The notes under the pieces are model-generated. The model was given only the letters and a program-made list of their open reading frames with translations. It made no database searches and was not told the origin of the DNA. A stretch of 64,000 nucleotides of DNA, taken from Planktothrix sp. GU0601_MAG3 (lineage in GTDB: Bacteria > Cyanobacteriota > Cyanobacteriia > Cyanobacteriales > Microcoleaceae). Below, in pieces: positions 47,704-60,040 of this stretch (position 1 is the first letter of the stretch; each line of letters begins with the position of its first letter). Position numbers and translations under genes: made by a program. Location of the stretch: the NCBI GenBank assembly GCA_035193785.1, contig CP136572.1:288001-352000 (forward strand), read 5' to 3'.

Positions 47704-50700
47704 TTGACCAGCAGTTCTAATCCCCAGACTTTCCATGATGGCTCTATGAAGCACAAATGGCTATATCAGTTTCTCTCTCCGAATCGGCGGATTGTTCCCT
47801 ACTTAGTTCTGTTGGGTACTTTGATCCTGACGGCGATCGCCACCTATTATGTAGAATCAACAGCCTTTACCCAGGATCAGTTGCAATTTGAAGCCTCGGT
47901 TTCAACAGACAGAAAACCTAATTCGAGATCGAGTTAAAACCTATATTGCCTTACTCCGCGCTGGAAGTGGGTTATTTGCCACCCATGATCCCGTGGATCG
48001 AGAGACATTCCGCGCCTATATGGAACAATTGAAACTGCGAGCGGAATATCCTGGGATTCAAGGGATTGGGTTTACAATTCGGGTTCAACCCTCGGAAAAA
48101 GATCAATTAATTGCCCGGATGAAGGCCGAGGGTATCCCTAACTTTGCGATCCATCCTGATTATCCTCGGCCAGAATACAATGCCATCATCTACCTAGAAC
48201 CCCCAGATGAACGCAATTTGGCCGCCATTGGTTTTGATATGTTTACCGAACCTGTACGTCGTCGCGCCATGGAAAACGCCAGGGATGGGGGGGTTCCGGT
48301 GGCATCAGGGAAGGTTAAACTCCTACAGGAAATTGATGCCCAAAAACAAGCGGGTTTTCTCATCTATTTCCCCATTTATCGAGGTAATTCTACTCCCCCA
48401 ACGGTCACAGAAAGACGGCAGAAATTACTAGGATTTATCTATAGTCCCTTTCGGATCGGTGACTTCATGCAAGGACTGTTTGGGAGTCGTCCAAATGCTT
48501 TTATCGACTTTAAAATTTATGACGGTTTAGCGATTACTCCCTCCTGTTTCCTATACGATTCTAACCCCAGTCGTTTATCAGGGTTTAAGCCTCAATTTGA
48601 ACACCGAAAAATGATCTCTATTGGGCGACAAACTTGGACGATTGTTTATACTTCCCGTCCTGAAATTGATTTTAATTCCCAACGTCTGATAGCTCCCTAT
48701 ATTGCCTTAGTAGGAAGTTTTGTTGGTATTATCTTATTTAGATTAATGCAATCGCAAATTAAAGCCCGATATATGGCGGAAAAAACCGCAACGGAACTGA
48801 AGAAATCAGAAAAAGCTCTGCGAGATAGTGAAGCCCGATTTCAGGCGTTTATGGATTACAACCCAGCCGTAGCTTGGATTTGTGATTATCAAGGTAAGAT
48901 GTTATATTTCAATAAAAGTTATGCTCAAACCTTTAGGGTTTCCCCAGAATCCTTAGAATCCAGTATATTTGATATATTTCCCCCAGATTTAGCCTCTAAA
49001 TTCCTGACTCATATTTCGATTGTAGCTTCACAAAATCTGGTTTTAGAAGTTATTGAATCTTTGCCTCGACGGGATGGAAAAATCGGGGAATTTTTAATCT
49101 ATCAATTTCCGATTTGGGTAGCCGTCGGAGAACCCTTAGTCGGGGGTGTCGCCATTGACCGCACAGAAAGTCATCGAGCCGAAGCCTTATTACGTCGTTC
49201 AGAAGTCCAATATCGGACAATGGTAGAACAATCTCCCCTGAGTATTTTAATCCTATCATTAGATGGTTCGGTTCAGCGTGTGAATCGAGCCTGGGAGGAG
49301 CTATGGGGAATTAAAGGAGAAATGATTAAAGACTACAATCTTTTAAAAGATCAACAACTGATTGAAAATGGGATAATTCCCTATATTCAAAAAGGTTTAG
49401 CCGGGGAAACCGTAGTAATTCCTCCAATTTTATATGATCCCCATCAAAGCTTCCCAGGATTATCGAGTTATCGGTATGCTCAACGCTGGGTTGAGGCTTA
49501 TATTTATCCAGTGCGGGATGAGGTGGGTGAAATCCGCGAAGCCGTGTTTATCTATGAAGATATCACGGAACGTAAACACGCAGAAGAAGAATTACAAGAA
49601 AGTGAATCTTGGTTTAGAAACCCTGATTGAAACCACATTTGATGGAATTATTATTCATGAAAACGGCATTATTCTCGATGCCAATCAAGGGGCATATATT
49701 ATGTTTAATTATCCCTTGGGACAAATGATGGGATCTTCTTTTCTGGATTTGGTTACTCCCGCAAGTCAGGATTTAATTGTACAAAATATCAAAAACAACT
49801 TAGAAGCTCCATTGGAAGCATTGGGATTAAGAAAAGACGGTACAATCTTTGATGTAGAAATCATCGGTCGTTCCCAAATTTATAAAGGACGTCAAGTGCA
49901 AGTAACGGCCCTGCGGGATATTACTAATCGTAAACAATTAGAAGCTCAACTACTTACTCGGGCAGAGGATTTAATGGAAGCTAACCGCCTCAAAGATGAA
50001 TTTTTGGCTACCCTTTCCCATGAATTACGGACTCCTCTGAATGCCATTTTGGGATGGACACAACTGTTGATATCACGAGATTTAGATCAAGAAACATTTA
50101 ATCGGGCGACGGAAACAATTAATCGTAATACCCGGGCTTTATCGCAACTGATTGAGGATTTATTAGATGTTTCTCGAATTGTTAGTGGAAAACTGAATTT
50201 TAGCCCTAACCCGACTGCTTTAATTCCAGTAGTTGAAGCAGCAATTGAAACAGTACGCTCGGTGGCACAGGCAAAAAATATTACGATTGATCTTTCCTTT
50301 GATTCTGATATTGGAATGGTTCTGGCTGATGATAACCGTCTACAACAAGTGATGTGGAATCTATTGACAAATGCGATAAAATTTAGCTCAGAAGGAGGAC
50401 TAATTCAGGTCATAATTCATAAGTCTCAGGATCAAAATTCCCAGGAAACTGATAGTAATGGTGAAGCGGTAGAGTATGCAGAAATTCAAGTTATTGATGC
50501 CGGACAAGGAATTAGCAAAGACTTTTTACCCTTTGTCTTTGAAAGATTTCGTCAAGCCGATGGTTCAATTACTCGTAAACAGGGAGGGTTAGGATTAGGA
50601 TTAACCATTGTCCGCCATTTAGTTGAACTGCATGGGGGAAGTGTTACCGTCAATAGTCCGGGGCTAGAAAAAGGGACAGTATTTACCATAAAATTACCCA

Positions 50701-51182
50701 TAATGACACCAGAAATCTTAAAATGTTATCAGCATCTTCAAGGGGGTATCGATGACTATAATTTAATGTTTGAGAGTTGTTTGAAACTCAAAGGAATTAA
50801 AATTTTAGTGGTTGATGATGAAGTGGATGCTCGAGATTTAGTCGCCCATCTTTTAGAAAATTGTGGGTCGGATGTGATGACTGCTGGGAGTGAAGAAGAA
50901 GCCATTAATATCTTTAAAGCTAATAATGCCCAATCTCCCTTTCATATTTTAATTAGTGATATTGGACTATCGGGGGGAGATGGTTATTCATTATTACGTC
51001 AAATTCGTTTACTACCCCCAGAGGAAGGAGGGCAAATTCCCGCTTTAGCACTGACCGCTTATGCTAAAGATGAAGACCGTCAAGCCGCATTCTCCGCCGG
51101 GTTTTATGCCCATTTAGCTAAACCCGTAGAACCCCATGAATTATTGTTTACTATTGCTAATTTAATTGGAATTATTGGATAA
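47704..51182 (+). CDS. Hybrid histidine kinase CHASE-PAS(x3)-HisKA-HATPase-REC; apparent +1 frameshifts at 47899-47903 and 49617-49621
   Basis: YPGIQGIG, YLEP..RN.AAIGFDM (CHASE), LSHELRTPL, GLGLGL, ILVVDDE, HLAKP. Confidence 0.92.
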
Positions 51183-51292
51183 TAGGATAAATCAGTCATC
51201 AGTTAACAGTTATTAGTCATCAGTCATCAGTTATTAGTCATCAGTCCAGACAAGAAAATGGGTAATGTATATAATCAGGAGATTTTAAGCAA

Positions 51293-52190
51293 ATGTTAAC
51301 TTTAGAAACGCTATTTGATGAAGAATTTTATCTGGCTCAATATGCTGATGTGGCTCCAGCGATTGAAAGGCGAGAATTTCGGAACGCTTTTGATCATTTT
51401 GTCGAGGAAGGTCAATTTTTGGGTTATGAACCTAATGGTTTATTTGATAGTCAATATTATCAGCAAGGAGATCCTGAACTCTTGAATCAAATCAAGGAAG
51501 GATTTATTACACCTGCGGAACATTTTATTGATTTTGGTCAATTTCAACCCCGTTCTCCTAATCCATTATTTGATCCAATTTATTATTTAGAACGATATCC
51601 CGATGTAAAAGCGGATTTTCTTCAAGGCAAAATTAATCCGTTTGAACATTTTTTTCTCTATGGACAATATGAAGGACGCAATCCCAGTATTGCTTTTGAT
51701 ACCAACTTTTATAAAACTCGATATCCCGATGTCTTATCTGAGATTGAATCCGGGCTATATAATACATTTTTTGAACAATTTTGGAGGCAAGGAATAAAAG
51801 AATCAAGACTAGGGACTGATCCCGCTTTTAAAGACGACCTGACCCAAGCCATTAATGTAGATGTATTATTAGGACAAAAAACCATTGTCGGCTTAATTGA
51901 TGCCGCCAACCCCGTCGATATTTATGAGTTTATTATTCCTAATTTTAATAGTAAAATTAGTATAGTTATGAATCAAATGAAAGCCAATTTAGACTTGGAT
52001 TTGATTTATGATTTGAATAACAATCAAGCTGTTCAAAGCAATGAAATTGTTGCTAGTTTCCGCTAATTTAGGTCTCACCCCAGAATCGATTAAATTAGAT
52101 CAATTACCCGGTGGAACCTACTTTCTGCGAGTCTCTCCCATGGACGGAAGCACCCATTATCTTTTAAATTTATCGGCTACCCCAATTTAA
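51293..52190 (+). CDS. Repeat protein (FD..FYL..YPDV units) with C-terminal PPC-like domain; apparent +1 frameshift at 52056-52060
   Basis: Four FD..(F/Y)Y...YPDV...HF...G..EGR.P units; D.YEF, ANLDLDL, LPGGTYFLRV. Confidence 0.75.
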
Positions 52191-52207
52191 GTTTATTGTT
52201 GCCCTTG

Positions 52208-52252
52208 TTGTTGGGATGGATGCCCTTTTAGCAGGGGTACTCATCCCAACAA
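52208..52252. terminator. Hairpin between convergent genes
   Basis: TTGTTGGGATG...CATCCCAACAA inverted repeat. Confidence 0.65.
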
Positions 52253-52316
52253 TATAGATGGATCAATTTCGTGTTGATCTAGCAATCAAGGTTGGGGGAT
52301 TCAGCCTGTCAAATCC

Positions 52317-52472
52317 TTAGACTATACGCCGGCCAGTCAGTAGGTTGTAGACAATAGCAATCAGTGCCAAAACCAAAAGAATATGGATTAAGCCCCCTCC
52401 AACATTAACTGAGAATCCTAATAACCACAGGATGAGTAGTACACCAGCGGCACTCCAGATGATATTAGACAT
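52317..52472 (-). CDS. lmo0937-family (DUF5670) small membrane protein (absent from the ORF track)
   Basis: MSNIIWSAAGVLLILWLLGFSVNVGGGLIHILLVLALIAIVYNLLTGRRIV; SD AAGGAG. Confidence 0.85.
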   Translation of the reverse strand: MSNIIWSAAGVLLILWLLGFSVNVGGGLIHILLVLALIAIVYNLLTGRRIV

Positions 52473-52507
52473 ATTTTCTCCTTCGATTGAGATAAAATTT
52501 AATGACG

Positions 52508-52945
52508 TTATTTGGTCGGTGATTCTGGGCTAAATAGATCACGAACATCAGCTTCTACACCTTTAATGGCTTCACGGTCTTGCTTTGCTGCGGTGGTAGT
52601 TTTTCCACCCGGGTTGTAATCAGGGTTTTTAATACTATCAAGAATCCCCTGTTGGGTATTAGCATCAAATTGCCGATCGCTTTGAACAACATCGGTTTTC
52701 AGATCATCTGTCATGTTAGCGATCGCTTCTTGGGCTTTATCCTTAACATTACCGATCATTTCTTTCGCCTGATCCATGATCGCAACCTGAGTCTGCGGTG
52801 AATTCATGCCTTGGGTTGACAAAGTTGCAGCCCAACTTTCTCCCGATGCCAAACTAAGGACGAGGGCAGTGGTGAAGAAAAAAACCATGCCAATAGACAG
52901 CAAAAATTTACGAAGGTTGCTAAACAAAATCACGTTAATATCCAA
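52508..52945 (-). CDS. Exported CsbD-like protein
   Basis: Signal-like hydrophobic segment, then AKEMIGNVKDKAQEAIANMTDD. Confidence 0.6.
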   Translation of the reverse strand: MDINVILFSNLRKFLLSIGMVFFFTTALVLSLASGESWAATLSTQGMNSPQTQVAIMDQAKEMIGNVKDKAQEAIANMTDDLKTDVVQSDRQFDANTQQGILDSIKNPDYNPGGKTTTAAKQDREAIKGVEADVRDLFSPESPTK

Positions 52946-53163
52946 AATATTTTTGATGTCTCGTAACTAAATGAGTTTTTTATTTGTTGGTAGATCTACC
53001 AACAAATATTTATGTTCAACTGGGGCAAATTATCAAGACTCTCTGGTAAAAGTCAGCTAACGGAAATTTCACACTATTTTAGGTGTTCGGTTTTATCATT
53101 TTTACCATCATCTGAAACCGATCTTAGGTCAAAAACGGTAGAACTGAAGGTTCAAACAGTCTT

Positions 53164-53346
53164 TTAGTCCAGTTTGGCTTTGACTTCATCTTTCACATCT
53201 TCAGTAGTGTGAAGAACTTTTGCCTCAACCTGTTTTTCCTTGCCTTCTAACTGATCTTTAGGATCGCCAGTTACGTTACCTACGGCTTCTTGAACTTTAC
53301 CTTCGATATTTTTGGCGGTTGCCTTGGCTTTATCTTTTAAACTCAT
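53164..53346 (-). CDS. csbD: CsbD family stress protein
   Basis: KAKATAKNIEGKVQEAVGNVTGDPKDQLEGKEKQVE. Confidence 0.88.
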   Translation of the reverse strand: MSLKDKAKATAKNIEGKVQEAVGNVTGDPKDQLEGKEKQVEAKVLHTTEDVKDEVKAKLD

Positions 53347-53545
53347 AATGCGTTCCTTGTTGAATTTGTTGAATCTGATATTTACTAATCTGAGCAGAAT
53401 TAACAACTCTAATAAATTTCATACTCGCATTGTAGTAGTATTTCTATCAAAAAATCACAATTTTTGTCAATTAAGGGAAAAGATATACCATTAGGAATAG
53501 AACCTCATCCCTTCCCAGATGGAATCCAAATTCCCAGGTCTGAAA

Positions 53546-54106
53546 GCAGCCGATATTGTTTATAACAGTGCAATGGGAGGATTATTCCACAATCAAAATT
53601 TTACGGACGCAGATTTTTGCATCGGAGGTCAATTCCTAACCTTAACCAATAAACCTACCTTAACAGCTAGTCAATTTCTTATTAAAGCATGAATCTAACT
53701 GCTTTTTGTAACGTTTAGTAACAAATTCAACCCAGAGTCAAAATCAGACTATATAATTTCCACTAAAGGCTCACGGGGACAGTTGGACATAATCCGATCC
53801 GTGTGATCGCTGTCCGGTTTGTTTTGTACCCTCGTTTCAGGGAGCCTTAGTTGCTGAACGTGTGATTGATGTCGGAAGTCCATTATCAGTAAGGGAGCCG
53901 AGTCGTCATGGAGACGAAAGAAGATAAGGATTTGGAATTGGAGCCGTCACAACCTCCTCATGTCGCGTCGGGAGGTGTGGAAGTGAAGTTGTCACAACCT
54001 ACTAGCTTCGCCCCGGGTCGTGTGATAGTCAAATTGTAAGAACGATCCCCGGTTTGAATACAGAGGGTCGGATTATATCATCACCCTTGAGTATGTCCAG
54101 AAACCA
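53546..54106 (+). pseudogene. Decayed copy of RTX-tail 3' end + intergenic + subtilase 5' end
   Basis: Aligns by eye with about 61796-62492; relic ORF from ATG 53908 stops at 54037-54039 at an internal deletion. Confidence 0.85.
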
Positions 54107-54242
54107 CTTAGATAATGACTTTGATTTAGTGTATCAACGTCTGCTCAGTGCCTGTCGAGGCTTGATCTAAGGCTAGAGTGAATAGCATTTGTACCAAAGT
54201 TTATTCCCACAAGTTCATTGTGAGTACAGGAGTAGAATCGTC

Positions 54243-56653
54243 ATGGTTACAAATTTTAGCTCAGAAGTCCCATCTGGTTTTTTAGCCTGGCAAAACTCGG
54301 TTAAATCGTCGAAACAAGGGCCATTAGGAAAACTTAGCTCTGACTTATCTGAATTATTTACAGGTGTCGATCCGCTCAACAGTCAAGTCAACTCGTCATC
54401 TCTAAAGCCAGAGTCATCTCTACAGGTGATTGGAAATAGCGTGGTTATTGAAGCGATCGCGGATACTGACTCAGCGCAATTATTGTCTGACTTAAAAGCA
54501 CTAGGACTCCAGCAACCCTCTGTTTTCGGACGGGTAATTTCGGGGGTGATTCCCATCGATGCGCTGGATGAGGTCGCAGCTTTGCCTAGCTTGCGGTTTG
54601 CTCGTCCCGCCTACAAGCCCATGCTTCATAATTTGGACGACATTCGCACTACTACCTCCGAACCGATCACTAACGTTGGTTTCAGTCACCAGTCAGGGCG
54701 ATCAAGCGCAACCCTCGGACATCGCCAATGAGTTGCACGACATTGGCACTACTACCTCCGAACCGATCACTAACGTTGGTTCAGTCACCAGTCAGGGCGA
54801 TCAAGCGCAACTCTCGGACATCGCCCGTACGACTTATGGCGTGAATGGTGCGGGGATCACGGTGGGTGTTCTCTCGGATAGTTACAACAACTTAGGGGGG
54901 GCGGCTAGTGATGTTGCTAGTGGAGATTTGCCCTCTGGTGTGATCGTGTTACAAGATTTACCGTCAGACGGTTCCGATGAAGGGCGGGCGATGCTACAGA
55001 TCGTCCACGATGTAGCACCGGGGGCGAAACTTGCTTTCAACACTGCCTTTCTGGGAATGCCGAGCTTTGCCAATGGAATTATCAACTTGGCAAAATCTGT
55101 CGCTTCCGGTGGGGCGGGGGCAAAGGTGATCGTTGATGATGTCATTTATTTTACCGAGCCTTTTTTCCAAGACGGGATCGTCACCCAAGCTGTCGATCAA
55201 GTTGCATCTACCGGCGTTGCCTACTTTTCTTCGGCAGGTAATCAAGCCCGTCAATCATACGAAAGTCCCTTCACCCCTGGTCAAACTAGCGGGGATTATA
55301 CCTTCCATGACTTCGATCCCAGTGGGGCTGTAAATATTTTCCAAAAAATCACCTTGAACGCCGGAGTGTTTGCACCTAGCCTGCAATGGGATCAGCCCTT
55401 TGCTTCTGCTAGCACGACTGGGGCAGGTTCACAAAACGACTTGGATATGTTCCTGTTCGCTGATAGCAATGGTGATGGCACGCCCGATCAGTTAATTGCT
55501 TCTAGCGTGGATTATAACATTGATGCCGATCCTTTCGAGTTTTTTGGTGGTTTACAGGGAACTGGTACGGCATACCTAGCGATCGGCAAGTGGGACCCCG
55601 CAGGAGGCCCCAACCCCACCAAAATCAAATATGTTGATTTTGGTGGTAATACCACCTATGAATTCGCCACCAATAGTTCAACGTCCTTCGGACATAATCA
55701 ATCCGCGAACGGACAGGGTGTAGCTGCGGCTGATTATCAAGACACTCCCGCCTTTGGCACGAGTCCGCCTGTAGCCGAGTCATTCACCTCCCTCGGTGGT
55801 ACGCGAATCCTGTTCGATAAGGCGGGGAAACCGACTGGCAACACCAGTCATCCGCAATCAACCCGCGATTACGGCGCCTGATGGAGTCGTTACCACCCTT
55901 CCGAGTAGTACCGGATTAAACCCCTTCTTTGGCACATCAGCCGCCGCCCCCCACGCTGCGGGTGCAGCCGCTTTAATCCGTCAAACAGTTCCTAGCGCGA
56001 CCAATACCAAGATTTACAACGCCCTGAAGAATACGGCGGTTAACATGAATACCCCTGGGTATGACTTTCTCACGGGGACGGGCTTAATTCGCGCAGATGC
56101 CGCGATCGCATCTCTTTGCATTAATGGCACTGCTGGCAGTGATAACTTAACCGGAACTGCCAATGCGGATGTCATGTATGGATTCGCCGGCAACGACACC
56201 CTCAGTGGATTAGCTGGAAACGATATCCTGAAGGGTGGAAATGGTAACGACGCTCTCAGTGGCGGTGCTGCCAATGACCCTCTCACCGGGGGACTTGGTG
56301 CGGATAAATTTATCTACGATACCAACGCTGCCTTTGCCACTTCGGCGGTGGGTGTAGATACAATCACTGACTTTACTATTGGTCAGGGGGATAAAATTGT
56401 CTTGGATAAAACCACCTTTACCAGTATTAGTAGTATTCCGGGAACTGGGTTTTCTATTGCGAATGAGTTTGCCAAGGTAACAACGGATGCCTTAGCTGCT
56501 ACCAGTGCTGCCGATATTGTTTATAATACCGCGACGGGCGGATTATTCTACAATCCAAATGGCGCAGCCGCAGGTTTTGGTACCGGAGCTAAATTCCTCA
56601 CCTTAACCAATAAACCTGCTTTAACAGCTAGTCAATTTCTCATTAAAGCCTAA
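54243..56653 (+). CDS. S8-family peptidase-like secreted protein with RTX Ca-binding tail; apparent +1 frameshifts at 54679-54683 and 55827-55831
   Basis: VGVLSDS, SDEGRAM, SSAGN, FFGTSAAAPH; GGxGxD repeats. Confidence 0.85.
56241..56653 (+). repeat. 413-bp near-identical C-terminal coding tail, also at 59299-59711 and 61531-61943
   Basis: Near-identical DNA ending ...LTASQFLI(K/Q)A-stop in three genes. Confidence 0.95.
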
Positions 56654-56983
56654 AGTTAACTCTTTTTTGTAATGTTTGGTAACAAGAACTGGTAAGAATC
56701 AAGATCAGACTAGGTAATTGTACCTAAAGGCTCACAAAATTAGTTGGACATAACCTAAGTAGAATCACCGTTGTTAGGGTGGGTTTATGCCCTTATCTCA
56801 GGGAACCCCCAGTTACTAAAAGAATTATTGACATCACCGGACTACCTCGTTCAGGCACTGCCCTAGTGTCTCAACTCCTCCAGAAAGAGCGAGGTGGGTT
56901 AGATAATTTGTCATTCCCGCCTCAACCCCAATATCTTGTTGAGCTTTGTCCGATTCCTGATTAATAAATACAGGAGTTAAATC

Positions 56984-59711
56984 ATGACATCAAGTTTTGC
57001 CGAAGATACAATTTCCCTTCCTGGTGTTTACTATGGTTCCGTCGCCTGGTCTGACTACACCGGAGACGGCAAACCCGACTTGCTGTTGACGGGTTCCAAT
57101 AATTCATTCAACCCCATCTCCAAACTGTACAAAAACACAGGCAGTGGTTTGAGCGAAGATACCAGTATTTCCCTTCCTGGTGTTGACTACGGTTCTGTCG
57201 CCTGGTCTGACTACAACGGAGACGGCAAACCGGACTTGCTGTTGACGGGTTACGATAATTCATTCAACCCCATCTCCAAACTGTACAAAAACACAGGCAG
57301 TGGTTTTATCGGAGATACCAGTATTTCCCTTCCTGGTGTTTCTGGCAGTTCCGTCGCCTGGTCTGACTACACCGGAGACGGCAAACCGGACTTCCTGTTG
57401 ACGGGTAACACAGGTTCAGGCCGCATCTCCAAACTGTACAAAAACACAGGCAGTGGTTTTAGCGAAGATACCAGTATTTCCCTTCCTGGTGTTGGGTACA
57501 GTTCCGTCGCCTGGTCTGACTACACCGGAGACGGCAAACCCGACTTGCTGTTGACGGGTCTGGATAATTCATGGAACCCCATCTCCAAACTTTACAAAAA
57601 CACAGGCAGTGGTTTTAGCGAAGATACCAGTATTTCCCTTCCTGGTGTTGCCGAGGGTTCCGTCGCCTGGTCTGACTACACCGGAGACGGCAAACCCGAC
57701 TTGCTGTTGACGGGTTTAGATAATTCAAACAACCGCATCTCCAAACTGTACAAAAACACAGGCAGTGGTTTTAGCGAAGATACCAGTATTTCCCTCCCTG
57801 GTGTTGCCGATGGTTCCGTCGCCTGGTCTGACTACACCGGAGACAGCCAACCGGACTTCCTGTTGACGGGTTTCCGATAATTCAGTCGGCATCTCCAAAC
57901 TCTACAAAAACACAGGCAGTGGTTTGAGCGAAGATACCAGTATTTCCCTTCCTGGTGTTTCTGGCAGTTCCGTCGCCTGGTCTGACTACACCGGAGACGG
58001 CAAACCGGACTTCCTGTTGACGGGTTGGGGTAGTTCAGGCCCCATCTCCAAACTGTACAAAAACGCCTCAGATACAACCCCACCCACAGCCAGCAGTTTC
58101 ACTCCGGCTGATAATGCCACCGGGGTTGCCGTTGGTGCTAACTTAATCGTCAACTTCAGCGAAGCGATTCAAAAAGGCACAGGCAATATTGTGATTAAGA
58201 AAGTTTCGGATAACTCGCTAGTAGAAACCATCCAGGTAACGGCTACTAATGTCACCGTTAGTGGAACTCAACTAACCATTAACCCCACAGCCGATTTAGC
58301 CCAAGGTACAGATTACTACGTGGAAATCGCCAACGGTACAATTGAAGATCTGGCTAGCAACGATTATGCTGGTATTATCGGAAATAGCACCTGGAACTTC
58401 AAAACACAGGGAACCCCTACCATTAATGGTACGGCTGATAATGATATTCTGATGGGAACAGCCAACTCAGAAATTATTAATGGTTTAGCCGGAAATGACC
58501 AAATTCTCGGTTTGGCCAGTAACGATAGTCTCAATGGTGGCGATGGCCATGATAGCCTTGATGGTAGTGCCGGAGCCGACCAACTGCAAGGACAAGCCGG
58601 AGACGATATTTATACTGTTGATAATGCCGGAGATATGGTTACAGAATCAGCCAGTCAAGGCCGAGATTTAGTCCAATCTTTTATTACCTATACCCTCCCC
58701 GTCAATGTTGAAGACCTAACCCTGGCGGGTTCCGCCGTTATTAACGGTACAGGCAACAGCCTGAATAATAGCATTATAGGCAATAACGCTAATAATACCC
58801 TTAACGGTAGCACCGGAGCCGATCTGTTAGTGGGTCGGGCTGGAAATGATACTTATCTGGTCGAGAATGCCAGTGATGTTGTTGCCGAAGCCCTCAGTGA
58901 AGGAACTGATTTGGTACAATCTTCTGTAACTTATAACTTACCTGCTAATGTGGAAAATCTCACCTTAACAGGAACAACTGCAATTAATGGTATAGGTAAT
59001 ACTCTAGCTAATCTTATGACAGGTAATACTGTTAATAATATCCTGAATGGTAGTACCGGAGCCGACCAACTCAAAGGCGGTACAGGAAATGATACTTATG
59101 TTGTCGATAATCTTGGGGATGTGGTGACCGAATTAGCTAGTGCCGGAACCGATTTAGTCCAATCTTCTGTAACTTATACCTTACCTGTGGAAGTCGAAAA
59201 CCTGACCTTAACAGGAACAACTGCAATTAATGGTACAGGTAATACTCTAGCTAATATGATTACAGGTAATACTGCTAATAATATTCTCAATGGGGGAGAT
59301 GGTAATGACTCTCTCAGTGGCGGTGCTGCCAATGACCCTCTCACCGGGGGACTTGGTGCGGATAAATTTATCTACGATACCAATGCTGCCTTTGCCACTT
59401 CGGCGGTGGGTGTAGATACAATCACTGACTTTACTATTGGTCAGGGGGATAAAATTGTCTTGGATAAAACCACCTTTACCAGTATTAGTAGTATTCCGGG
59501 AACTGGGTTTTCTATTGCGAATGAGTTTGCCAAGGTAACAACGGATGCCTTAGCTGCTACCAGTGCTGCCGATATTGTTTATAATACCGCGACGGGCGGA
59601 TTATTCTACAATCAAAATGGCACAGCCGCAGGTTTTGGTACCGGAGCTAAATTTCTCACCTTAACCAATAAACCTGCCTTAACAGCTAGTCAATTTCTCA
59701 TTCAAGCGTGA
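56984..59711 (+). CDS. Seven FG-GAP/VCBS repeats + Ig-like (Big_5-type) domain + RTX repeats; apparent +1 frameshift at 57870-57874
   Basis: 7x SVAWSDYTGDGKPD(L/F)LLTG..ISKLYKNTG; DTTPPT..TPADNATGV; GxxGxD nonapeptides. Confidence 0.9.
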
Positions 59712-60040
59712 ATCTAACTTTTTTTGTAACGTTTAGTCACAAGATCTGGTAAGAATCAAGATCAGACTAGATAATTGTACCTAAAGGCTCACAAAATTAG
59801 TTGGACATAACCTAAGTAGAATCACCGTTGTTAGGGTGGGTTTATGCCCTTATCTCAGGGAACCCCCAGTTACTAAAAGAATTATTGACATCACCGGACT
59901 ACCTCGTTCAGGCACTGCCCTAGTGTCTCAACTCCTCCAGAAAGAGCGAGGTGGGTTAGATAATTTGTAATTCCCGCCTCAACCCCAATATCTTGTTGAG
60001 CTTTGTCCGATGCCTTATTAATAAATACAGGAGTTAAATC

